64,000 bases of DNA. Origin: a virus. Under the pieces are notes generated by a model. That model made no database searches. It was not told the DNA's origin and worked only from the letters and a program-made list of their open reading frames with translations. A program made the translations under genes and the position numbers. The stretch covers positions 10,485 through 74,484 of the IMG/VR virus record IMGVR_UViG_3300042904_000196; one strand, 5' to 3'. Of this stretch, positions 56,367-64,000 are shown one piece after another (position 1 is the stretch's first letter; each line of letters starts with the position of its first letter).

Positions 56367-57569
56367 ATGTTGTTTTCTTCTCTCTATCTGTCCGCCATCC
56401 GTACCATGTTTGCCGCTGACACAGCCAACGTCGGAGCGGCAGCCGCGAAGGAAATCGCGGAAGTTCTGCCGATGCCGGGAAACGCCAAACGCACGACGAT
56501 TGATTTCGACAAAATTCGCCGTGTGCACAACGTTCGGACGGTTCGCATGGAAGAGCAGAACGCTAAGCGGTTGCTCCCCAGCATCCGCGACAATGGCTTT
56601 CTTCCGGCGTATCCACTGATGGTTGAGGAAATGGCCGATGGCACATACAACTTGCTGGCAGGGCACGGTAGGACTGCGGCATTGCGGCTCTTGACGAAAG
56701 AGCAACGTGCTACGGCTCTTGCCGAGTTCCATGGCAAGGTCCCCGCCATCGTCTACAAAAACCTCACTGAGGTTGGGCGGGCAGCGGTTCGCTCGCACGA
56801 CTTCACTGCCGCCAGCGACAAAATGAAGGGCGACAAGTGGACTGAGTACCAAATGATTAAGGATTTTATTCTTGCTGGTGGCAAGGATAAAACCCGGAAC
56901 GGCCGGGTCATTGGTGACGCCACCATCGCCGCCTTTATGGGTTGGCTGGACGGCAAGGGTGAACCGAACCGCAATCGCGTCTACGGATTCCGCAAGCTTC
57001 ACGAGTTGTCCGCCAAAGTTCCCGGGCTTGAGGATGAGTACGCGAAGAAATGGGACACTTCCCTCCCTGAGAATGAGCGGCTCACGGCTTTGCCCGACAA
57101 GGCAATCGACAAGCTTTTCCCGCAGCTTAGCCTTGACATGACCGGGGAAACGGCTCGCGAAATGTTCGCGGGCATGATCTCCGGCGACCCCGAATCGGTG
57201 GAAGTGGACACAAAACCACATTCCCTCGACCCGAAAGCGGCTCGCGACTTGGCTAAGAAGCCGTATCCGGCTCGCGTGATTCGGCTCATTCTCGCCTTGA
57301 CGCACCAGCCGACCGGGAAGGATAAGCCGGTCGAATCGGTGGACGACGTCGTTGCAGAAATCGCGGCTCTTGAGACTGCGGCTCTTGCTGCGGGCGTCAA
57401 GGCTGAAGCCAAGGCAATCGCGGCTCATCGTCGCAAGCTTCAGCCGGAAACGCCCGTGCATCCTGCTACGTTGCTCGACAAGGCCCCTAGCGAGCCCGCC
57501 AACGAATCCGAACCGGCAAAGCCGGTTCGCGGTCGCAAGGCCCACGCAAAGGCCCACAGCAAGGCCTAA
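56367..57569 (+). CDS. Divergent ParB-N (sulfiredoxin/CTPase fold) protein (ParB-3)
   Basis: HNVR...LLPSIRDNGFLPAYPLMVEE...YNLLAGHGRTAAL; AAAGGA RBS; basic Ala/Lys-rich tail. Confidence 0.75.
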   Translation: MLFSSLYLSAIRTMFAADTANVGAAAAKEIAEVLPMPGNAKRTTIDFDKIRRVHNVRTVRMEEQNAKRLLPSIRDNGFLPAYPLMVEEMADGTYNLLAGHGRTAALRLLTKEQRATALAEFHGKVPAIVYKNLTEVGRAAVRSHDFTAASDKMKGDKWTEYQMIKDFILAGGKDKTRNGRVIGDATIAAFMGWLDGKGEPNRNRVYGFRKLHELSAKVPGLEDEYAKKWDTSLPENERLTALPDKAIDKLFPQLSLDMTGETAREMFAGMISGDPESVEVDTKPHSLDPKAARDLAKKPYPARVIRLILALTHQPTGKDKPVESVDDVVAEIAALETAALAAGVKAEAKAIAAHRRKLQPETPVHPATLLDKAPSEPANESEPAKPVRGRKAHAKAHSKA

Positions 57570-57624
57570 CGGCGAATCCCGCACCCCCTAGAGATTCCAG
57601 TAGCGGTTCAGCGTGGAATTGATG

Positions 57625-57937
57625 CCCCGCACCCGTCGGGGTGCGGGGTGGGGGTGCGGGGTGCGTCAAGATGCCGTACCCGCCGGACAATCTGACCAAC
57701 TGGTAAAATTGTCCGGACAGGATGGCCGGGGAGTCAAATTCGCGATTCAACATTGCGAATTTGACCCTTCCGGCACGGTCCCCTATCCCCGAAAAATTTT
57801 CCAAAATTTTCAAAACCCCTTTTGGGGACCCCGAATCATGGAGGTACGAAATTTTCCAAAATTTTCAAAACCATCTTTTTAGGGTCCCATCCCCGAACCA
57901 CGATTCAGGGTCCCATTTGCATTGCTTAGGGTCCCAT
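57625..57937. repeat. Repeat-rich region upstream of terminase (candidate packaging site)
   Basis: Four G-runs at 57638-57661; AAATTTTCCAAAATTTTCAAAACC x2 (57794, 57849); AGGGTCCCAT x3 (57881, 57907, 57928). Confidence 0.6.
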
Positions 57938-57991
57938 CGCACAAGAAAACTTGCAGCAAAGATTGTTTTGATTCTGGAATCAAGAAAAGTG

Positions 57992-58008
57992 CTTTTGAGC
58001 GTATTATA
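57992..58008 (+). promoter_or_regulatory. Shared box CTTTTGAGCGTATTATA upstream of the packaging/late operon
   Basis: Third copy of the box; flanked by palindrome copies at 57969 and 58057. Confidence 0.6.
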
Positions 58009-58075
58009 TTATAGAAAGAGAAAACCCCGAACCGGTGTTCAGGGAAAGATAGTCACTGATTCTGGAATCAATACA

Positions 58076-59002
58076 ATGATGCACCTCAAATATCCCATTA
58101 CACGAGCCCAAACAGACGAAGAACGCTGCCACGCTATTGTTGCAGGCAGGCGGCAGTGCCACCTGAAGCGGTGCGATGGTTTCAAGTGGTGCCCCGTCCA
58201 TGGTGGTGCTCGGGCCATTCAGTCAAAAGGCAAGCGCGACCTGTACAAATTTAGGAGCGAACAGTACAGGGGACGTTTCGCTGCCCTCGCTGGTAGCGAC
58301 CACATTAAGAACCTCCGTGATGAAATCGCCGTCCTTAGGATGTTACTGCAGCACAGGATCGACTACTTCGAGAAAGACCTCCTGATCGACAGTTACCAAA
58401 TCACCATGCTGATTCGGTCAATCGCCTCCCTCAGTGAAAGTTGCGCGAAAATTGAACATTCACTCAATGACGTTATGGACAAGCAGTCTGCGGCGGACAT
58501 CGTAGCTACCATGCTGAACGCCTTGCCGGTGGTAAGTGACGACCTCTTTGAAGAAATCACCCGCCTCCTGAGTCGCTTTGACCATGCCGATGAAAAGCCC
58601 CAAGCCTTCAACCTGAACGTTACCAAGTGGAACATCAAAGACTTTTTCACCACCGAGAGGATTATTAGTATACGTTCAGAGATCGGTGTTCTCAGAATCA
58701 TTCTGGAACAGCGTTTGAACGAATGCCATGACCTTCAGGATCTCCTGATGAAATCCTCTGAGATCCTTTCCACGGTTCAGGATATCGAGAAACTCGTGGT
58801 TTCTTGCCATCGCCTTGAAAAGACCCAAGGTATCCTGCTAAATGATGCCGAGTCAGCCCAGTTTGCCAATGAACTCATCGCCCTAATCGGCAAATATGTT
58901 CCCGCTGACCAGCTCGATAAGGTTGCAAATGAGTTTGAAGCTGCATACCGCGAATCTGATAGCGACAGCCCTACGTCGCAAGGGGATAACCAAGTGCTCT
59001 GA
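58076..59002 (+). CDS. Putative terminase small subunit
   Basis: Directly upstream of TerL; RC.A......C......C...WCPVHGG (HGGxSTG-like) domain; internal duplication. Confidence 0.6.
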   Translation: MMHLKYPITRAQTDEERCHAIVAGRRQCHLKRCDGFKWCPVHGGARAIQSKGKRDLYKFRSEQYRGRFAALAGSDHIKNLRDEIAVLRMLLQHRIDYFEKDLLIDSYQITMLIRSIASLSESCAKIEHSLNDVMDKQSAADIVATMLNALPVVSDDLFEEITRLLSRFDHADEKPQAFNLNVTKWNIKDFFTTERIISIRSEIGVLRIILEQRLNECHDLQDLLMKSSEILSTVQDIEKLVVSCHRLEKTQGILLNDAESAQFANELIALIGKYVPADQLDKVANEFEAAYRESDSDSPTSQGDNQVL

Positions 59003-60590
59003 GTACGCCCAAAAATACCGCGTTATGGGCAAGCCTATACCCGGTCCAGTGACCTTTAAGTATCATCCATGGTCGAGGGACATGCATGATTCTGAAGCCT
59101 ACAAGAATGTGGGCCAAAAGTCAGCACAGGGCGGTTTCACCGAGGTATGCATCGACCGCACATTCTTCATGATCGACATTCGACGCACGGATTGTCTCTA
59201 TGTTCTACCCAATAAATCACCCGATGCCTCGGATTTTAGTACCTCACGCTTTGGTGCCGCCCTCGAACTGAGCTCCCACCTGAAGCAACTCTTCAACGAT
59301 GTTCAAAACGTCGGCCATAAGCGTGCCGGGGCCACCAATCTGTATATCCGAGGCTCGCGTTCCAAATCGGGCCTTCGCTCCATTCCTGTTGGCTTCATGG
59401 TGCTCGACGAGTTCGACGAGATGGACCAAGAGCAAGTAGCCCTCGCCATCGAACGTATGTCGGGCCAATTTGAAAAGCAAATTTGGGAAGTATCCACGCC
59501 GACCATTCCTGATTTCGGAATCAATAAGGAGTTCCTGCAATCAACACAGGAACACTTCTTCTTCCCGTGCCCGGCATGTAGTCGCCAAACCGAGCTTATT
59601 TTTCCCGATTGCTTCATTTTGGGCTCCGAGGAGTTGCTCGATCCACGCATATATGATTCCAGAATCATTTGCAAGGAATGCAAGTCCACAATTCATCACC
59701 AAGAGAAGTGGAAAACGCTCGCTAATGGCCTTTGGGTGCCGACCGCCACGAACTTTGATAAGGAAGTCAGAGGCTTCTACGTCAACCAGCTCTATTCCTC
59801 CACCGTTAGCCCGGTTGAGCTTGCTCGCTCAATAATCAATGCCCGCCTGAACCCGGCGGACGAGCAAGAACTCTACAATTCAAAGATGGGCCTCCCACAC
59901 ATCGTTGAAGGTGCCCGCGTCACCGATGCGGAAATTAACCAGTGTCTTTCTGATTACCCCATGCAGCTTGCCGCGGAGCCCCTGAAAATCACCACCTTAG
60001 GGGTCGATGTTGGTAGCTTCCTTCACTTTGAAATCGATGAATGGACAGTCCAGCCCGGACCCGACATAAATACCTCAGCCCTGTGCAGGGTCCTAAGGAT
60101 GGGCAAACTGAGGCATTTTGAGGAACTCGACGATCTGATGCGTGATTACCAAATCAAAGGTTGCATCGTTGACGTTAACCCAGAAAGGCGCTCAGCGAAA
60201 GAGTTTGCGGATCGCTTCTACGGCTACGTCAAGCTCGCTTACTACGGTCGGGGCGTGCAGGCCAAGGGAATCAAGTTAGGAACCGGTGACCATGATATCA
60301 TCGCGGACCACATGATTACCGTTGACCGCACCAGTTGGCTCGATATGGCCCTTGGAAGGTTTCGTCGTAAGACAATCCTTCTCCCAAGGGACACCCCGGC
60401 GGACTACAAGGAACAAATCAAAATCCAAGTTAAAGTCTTTAAGCGAGATGCTGACGGTGGACCCGTTAGCAAGTTCATAACCCCGGACAATCGACCGGAC
60501 CACTATGGACACGCTCGTTGTTATGCTGAAATTGCACTGCCTTTAGCGGCGTCCACAGTTACTAATCAGGACATAAGGAACTTTTTATGA
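58929..60590 (+). CDS. Terminase large subunit (lambda GpA-like)
   Basis: KSAQGGFTE, LDEFDEM, STPT, CPAC/CKEC, nuclease GVDVG, DHYGHA. Confidence 0.92.
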   Translation: MSLKLHTANLIATALRRKGITKCSEYAQKYRVMGKPIPGPVTFKYHPWSRDMHDSEAYKNVGQKSAQGGFTEVCIDRTFFMIDIRRTDCLYVLPNKSPDASDFSTSRFGAALELSSHLKQLFNDVQNVGHKRAGATNLYIRGSRSKSGLRSIPVGFMVLDEFDEMDQEQVALAIERMSGQFEKQIWEVSTPTIPDFGINKEFLQSTQEHFFFPCPACSRQTELIFPDCFILGSEELLDPRIYDSRIICKECKSTIHHQEKWKTLANGLWVPTATNFDKEVRGFYVNQLYSSTVSPVELARSIINARLNPADEQELYNSKMGLPHIVEGARVTDAEINQCLSDYPMQLAAEPLKITTLGVDVGSFLHFEIDEWTVQPGPDINTSALCRVLRMGKLRHFEELDDLMRDYQIKGCIVDVNPERRSAKEFADRFYGYVKLAYYGRGVQAKGIKLGTGDHDIIADHMITVDRTSWLDMALGRFRRKTILLPRDTPADYKEQIKIQVKVFKRDADGGPVSKFITPDNRPDHYGHARCYAEIALPLAASTVTNQDIRNFL

Positions 60591-62245
60591 ACACAATTAG
60601 GCACCCTGATTATGACGCTGCCAATATGGACAGGTGGCGTCTGACCTACGAGGGTGGCAGACGGTTTGTCCAACGGTACCTTGTTAGATTTTCCCAACGT
60701 GAATCCCGGGCCGACTTCATCGATAGAAAGCGTATCACATACTGCCCGGCATTCGCCAAGGCAGCCGTGAACGAAGTAAAGAACAGCATCTTTCAGCGTA
60801 TCGCTGATGTCGTTCGCACTGGTGGCCCCGATAGTTACACTGAAGCCATCCTAGGTAGGAACCGAGGAGTTGACAAGAACGGCTCATCGATCCATGCATT
60901 TATCGGTAAGCAAGTCATCGTGGAGTTGCTTACCATGTCTCGCGTGGGCATTTTCGTTGACCGCCAGCGTTTTGAGGCAACCACCAAGGCGACCAAGTTA
61001 GACCATCCGTATTTGTATGTCTACAAGGCCGAAGACATTTTATCGTGGAACTACTCCGATGAAGGTGACCTTGAAGCCGTCCTACTCAAAGAGGTTACAG
61101 AGACTTTCGATCAAGAAACCGGTCTACCCTCGGGAACCATCGAAAGACTACGGTTTTTGAAGAAAACTGATTCCGGAATCAGTGTCAAAATCTTTGAGAA
61201 CAACACCTTGATCGACGAATTGACCCTGAACCTGAAAAAGATGCCCTTCATCCTACTCAGTATCAGTCAATCTCTCTTGGTGGACGTTGCTGACTACCAA
61301 GCTGCCCTGCTGAACATCGAATCTTCAGACTTAAATTACATTCTGAAGGCCAATTACCCGTTCTACACTGAACAGGTCGATGGAAAGGCCACTGGCACCC
61401 ACCTCAAGAAAGAAAATGCCGAGGAAGATTCTGAAATCACGACGGGTGCCCACCATGGACGCACCTATGGTAAGGATTTGGACCGTCCTGATTTTATTGC
61501 ACCCCCTACAGGGCCTATTGAAGCCTCGATGAAGAAACAGGAACAGATTAAGGCCGACATTCGGCTGCTAATCAACCTGTCTATCACGAATCTTCAGCCA
61601 AAAATGGCCTCGGAAGGCAGTAAAAAGCAAGATGATCGCACCTTGGAAGCCGGTCTAAGCTACATTGGCATGGAACTTGAGGGTGCCGAGCGTCAAATCG
61701 CCACAATCTGGTCGGAGTACGAAGGAAGCGACGAAGTCGCCACGATCAACTACCCGAAACAGTACACAATCAAGTCCGACGAGGAACGTCTCAAGGAAGC
61801 TAAAGAGCTTGAAGAACGTCTTCGGGCCATTCCGAGCGAAACATACAAGCGTGAAGTCGCTAAAATGATCGCCAATGTGATGCTCGGCACCAAAGTCACG
61901 TTTGATGTCATGGAAACCATCCACAAAGAGATCGATTCCACGAAGATTTTGACCACGGACCCGGATATCATCTTCCCCTCCTTGGAAAATAATGTCATAA
62001 CGTTCAAGGATGCTGCTGAAGCCCTTGGATTGCCCAATGATCCGGCCACCCTTGAGCAGGCCGCTAAGGATCACATGGAACGGGCTATGCGGATTGCCAA
62101 AGCACAAGCCTCACAGGACCCCGCAAACCGGGGTAACCCTGCGGGAAGTGCTAATGGCAAAGCCGGTAGCGATGAAAAGCGTGATTCGCGTGATAGTACC
62201 CTTGACCCCGAAACCAAACCAAAGGTCAGAGGTGATGGCAAATGA
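60587..62245 (+). CDS. Portal protein
   Basis: 552 aa after TerL; RHPDY...W...YEGG...YL...RE...F..R N-terminus. Confidence 0.85.
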   Translation: MNTIRHPDYDAANMDRWRLTYEGGRRFVQRYLVRFSQRESRADFIDRKRITYCPAFAKAAVNEVKNSIFQRIADVVRTGGPDSYTEAILGRNRGVDKNGSSIHAFIGKQVIVELLTMSRVGIFVDRQRFEATTKATKLDHPYLYVYKAEDILSWNYSDEGDLEAVLLKEVTETFDQETGLPSGTIERLRFLKKTDSGISVKIFENNTLIDELTLNLKKMPFILLSISQSLLVDVADYQAALLNIESSDLNYILKANYPFYTEQVDGKATGTHLKKENAEEDSEITTGAHHGRTYGKDLDRPDFIAPPTGPIEASMKKQEQIKADIRLLINLSITNLQPKMASEGSKKQDDRTLEAGLSYIGMELEGAERQIATIWSEYEGSDEVATINYPKQYTIKSDEERLKEAKELEERLRAIPSETYKREVAKMIANVMLGTKVTFDVMETIHKEIDSTKILTTDPDIIFPSLENNVITFKDAAEALGLPNDPATLEQAAKDHMERAMRIAKAQASQDPANRGNPAGSANGKAGSDEKRDSRDSTLDPETKPKVRGDGK

Positions 62246-62658
62246 GCGTATACAAAGGTATGATATTGCCTGATGCCGAACCTACCGAGGCTGGTGGTTT
62301 GGCTATTTACGACAACTTCAAGGCTTTGATTGATGCCATATACCGCCTTGGACGCATAGGTGCAGTCACAACGGCAGGCACAATAACCGTTGACACTGCT
62401 GATTACTCGGTGGCCGATATTACAGCGAATGGAAACGTCACCCTTGGTACGTTTCAAAACTCTGTGAACGGCTACAAGCTTCTCTTGCGGATCAAGAACA
62501 ACACCGGCGGTGTTATCACAGTCACCCCTAACTCGGAAGTGCGATTTGGTTCTGGAATCACTTCGCTGTCAAACATCCCAAGCGGTAAAATAGGCTACAT
62601 TGGCTTGGTCTACACCGAATCTAAATGGGATGTTCTTCTGAACGAAGTGGGGTACTGA
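62242..62658 (+). CDS. Virion structural protein (beta-rich, fibre-like)
   Basis: GTITVD...ITANGNVTL...L.L.I...GG..VT pattern. Confidence 0.5.
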   Translation: MSVYKGMILPDAEPTEAGGLAIYDNFKALIDAIYRLGRIGAVTTAGTITVDTADYSVADITANGNVTLGTFQNSVNGYKLLLRIKNNTGGVITVTPNSEVRFGSGITSLSNIPSGKIGYIGLVYTESKWDVLLNEVGY

Positions 62659-64000
62659 TGATAAAGACAATCGGTAGTGGTGGTAACTATGCTACCATCC
62701 AAGACGCCTATGACGATTTGGCGAATCAGGTTGACACGACTCTTACGTGGCGTCTCAAAGCAGGAACCCATGCAGGTGTAAACGGTCTTGAGCTTGCCAA
62801 TTTTCAATGTACCAATTTGATTCTGGAATCAGACATTGGTGTTGTGAAGCCTACCGGTCAGATTATGGCTGACGATGTTGGTCAGGCTATTGTGACCGGT
62901 TTGCTCAACTTCGTTGATACCGCTGGAACAGGCGGACCTTCATCGTTCATAGCACGCAACTTCCAGCTTGGTTCATCTTCGACACGCGGACGCCTTTCAT
63001 GTACAGGTGGCGGTGAAACTGGTGTTGGCTCTGGTGCCATGGATACTATCACTTATGATGGTATCTTTGCTTACGATAATCAGGCACAGTCGTCTGGTAC
63101 GGCAAATCTGATTTCGGTATTTGCAAATAACACCACAACGGCCACCATTCAAAACTGCGGAGCCATATCGACGGGCTCATTCACCGGTGGAACGAAACGC
63201 GGTATCTTGGCTAGTAACAGTGAAGGCACTGGTACGATCAACTTGTACCATAACAGCGTGTACACCGCTAACTTCACGCTCGGTATCGCTCGTAGTTATG
63301 CTGGTACACTGAACCTCGATGTTAGGAACTGTATAGCTGTAGGTTCGGCTACGTCGTCTGTTAGTTACGGAACCACGACAAGCAGTGGAACACTCAACCT
63401 AAATGGTTCTTCTTCAGGAAACCTTGGAAGTGACGCTGTTTGGGGTTCAACGGATTGCACAAGTAGCCTTGCAAGTGCGAGTGTTTTCTCTAACACGTCC
63501 ACGGGCTTAGCAATCTTGGTTAATGCTACAACAAAGCTCGCGGCAACGACCTCGCCCACCTCGTTGGACATTCTTGGACTTGAGCGTCCGCAACGTGGTC
63601 GGGTGTATGCTGGCTTGCAGTGTGCCCTTAGGTATTTTTTCCACGAGCATTTTGATTATTCAAATGGTGCCCTATACACGGTTAGTTCGGGTGTCTGGGA
63701 AACCATCGGCCCCGGACATGATGAGCCTCAAATAACGTCAAAGGCCATTGTTTCGACATCGGAACAAATTGAGTCCTTGGCGTGTATGTTGAGCAATTCT
63801 TACGTAACTGGCTTGCACTTCACTTTGCCGACGCTTGTTCGAGGCATCTTCAATAAGACCCTTGTAACAGACTCCTCAGGCGGTGGCGGTTGCGAATTCA
63901 CGTTTGGCGACCAGATGATCCTTGTGGGAACCCCCGAGGGTCGTCGCTGGTCCCTTGCTCTGTCCATCCCTGAAGGGTGGGGTGCTTCCAATGAAGCACG
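62658..64000 (+). CDS. Right-handed beta-helix (pectin lyase-like) virion protein, 3'-truncated by window
   Basis: TGATG coupling; MIKTIGSGGNYATIQDA; frame open to the window end by manual translation; DILGLERPQ...YAG cap motif; absent from the ORF track because there is no stop. Confidence 0.7.
   Translation, partial: MIKTIGSGGNYATIQDAYDDLANQVDTTLTWRLKAGTHAGVNGLELANFQCTNLILESDIGVVKPTGQIMADDVGQAIVTGLLNFVDTAGTGGPSSFIARNFQLGSSSTRGRLSCTGGGETGVGSGAMDTITYDGIFAYDNQAQSSGTANLISVFANNTTTATIQNCGAISTGSFTGGTKRGILASNSEGTGTINLYHNSVYTANFTLGIARSYAGTLNLDVRNCIAVGSATSSVSYGTTTSSGTLNLNGSSSGNLGSDAVWGSTDCTSSLASASVFSNTSTGLAILVNATTKLAATTSPTSLDILGLERPQRGRVYAGLQCALRYFFHEHFDYSNGALYTVSSGVWETIGPGHDEPQITSKAIVSTSEQIESLACMLSNSYVTGLHFTLPTLVRGIFNKTLVTDSSGGGGCEFTFGDQMILVGTPEGRRWSLALSIPEGWGASNEA

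Larger units (their letters stand above)
904..62831. repeat. Dispersed 14-bp palindrome TGATTCnnGAATCA (about 70-75 copies including variants)
   Basis: Exact TGATTCCGGAATCA at 11608, 15981, 20428, 22274, 26331, 29280, 32259, 34125, 35461, 35639, 40766, 41305, 54610, 55803, 61168. TG/CA centre at 6499, 19750, 21470, 24455, 49981, 51627, 57969, 58057, 59654, 62818. CC/GG/TC centre at 904, 35080, 35279, 48211, 50338. About 40 further copies with 1-2 mismatches or a 1-nt insertion. Confidence 0.97.

Noticed and set aside
56262-57584. 440-aa minus-strand ORF
   Set aside because: Antisense shadow of the GC-rich ParB-3 gene with no recognisable motifs
57722-58075. N-terminal extension of TerS in the ORF track
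   Set aside because: Runs through the repeat and promoter region; ATG 58076 is the more plausible start
904-62831. Palindrome copies as a CRISPR array or REP/MITE family
   Set aside because: Only 14 bp, about 1 kb apart, mostly inside coding sequence, with no spacer periodicity, shared flanks or cas genes

Overview
This window is a 64-kb slice of a tailed dsDNA phage genome with siphovirus-like organisation. No integrase, ParA or endolysin is recognisable in it. In order: a tail module (tube C-terminus, frameshifted G/GT chaperone, tape measure, distal tail, Cys-rich tip protein, lipoprotein/3-TM lysis candidate; 1-14.7 kb); a leftward nucleotide-metabolism and primase-helicase operon (14.8-20 kb); a divergent control region; a rightward replication module (two ParB-family proteins, SNF2 helicase, sigma factor, family-A DNA polymerase, class II RNR; 20.4-35.2 kb); a ~600-nt non-coding structured region resembling ROOL RNA and ending in an anticodon-less tRNA-like element; ThyA and many small accessory genes (UvrD, ligase, PD-(D/E)XK nuclease; 36-54.8 kb); a repeat-rich island with a third ParB-family gene; then terminase, portal and a beta-helix protein. 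The strongest unexplained signal is a 14-bp palindrome, TGATTCnnGAATCA. By manual count there are 30 exact matches and about 70-75 including close variants, roughly one per kb, mostly inside genes and in all reading frames. It co-occurs with three phage-encoded ParB/CTPase-fold proteins, which suggests a phage genome-coating (parS/Noc-like) system. Other highlights are a ~78-bp poly-A/T inverted repeat whose copies are 35 kb apart, a shared promoter box, and a highly acidic peptide next to ParB-2. All annotations come from manual motif recognition; no database searches were run.
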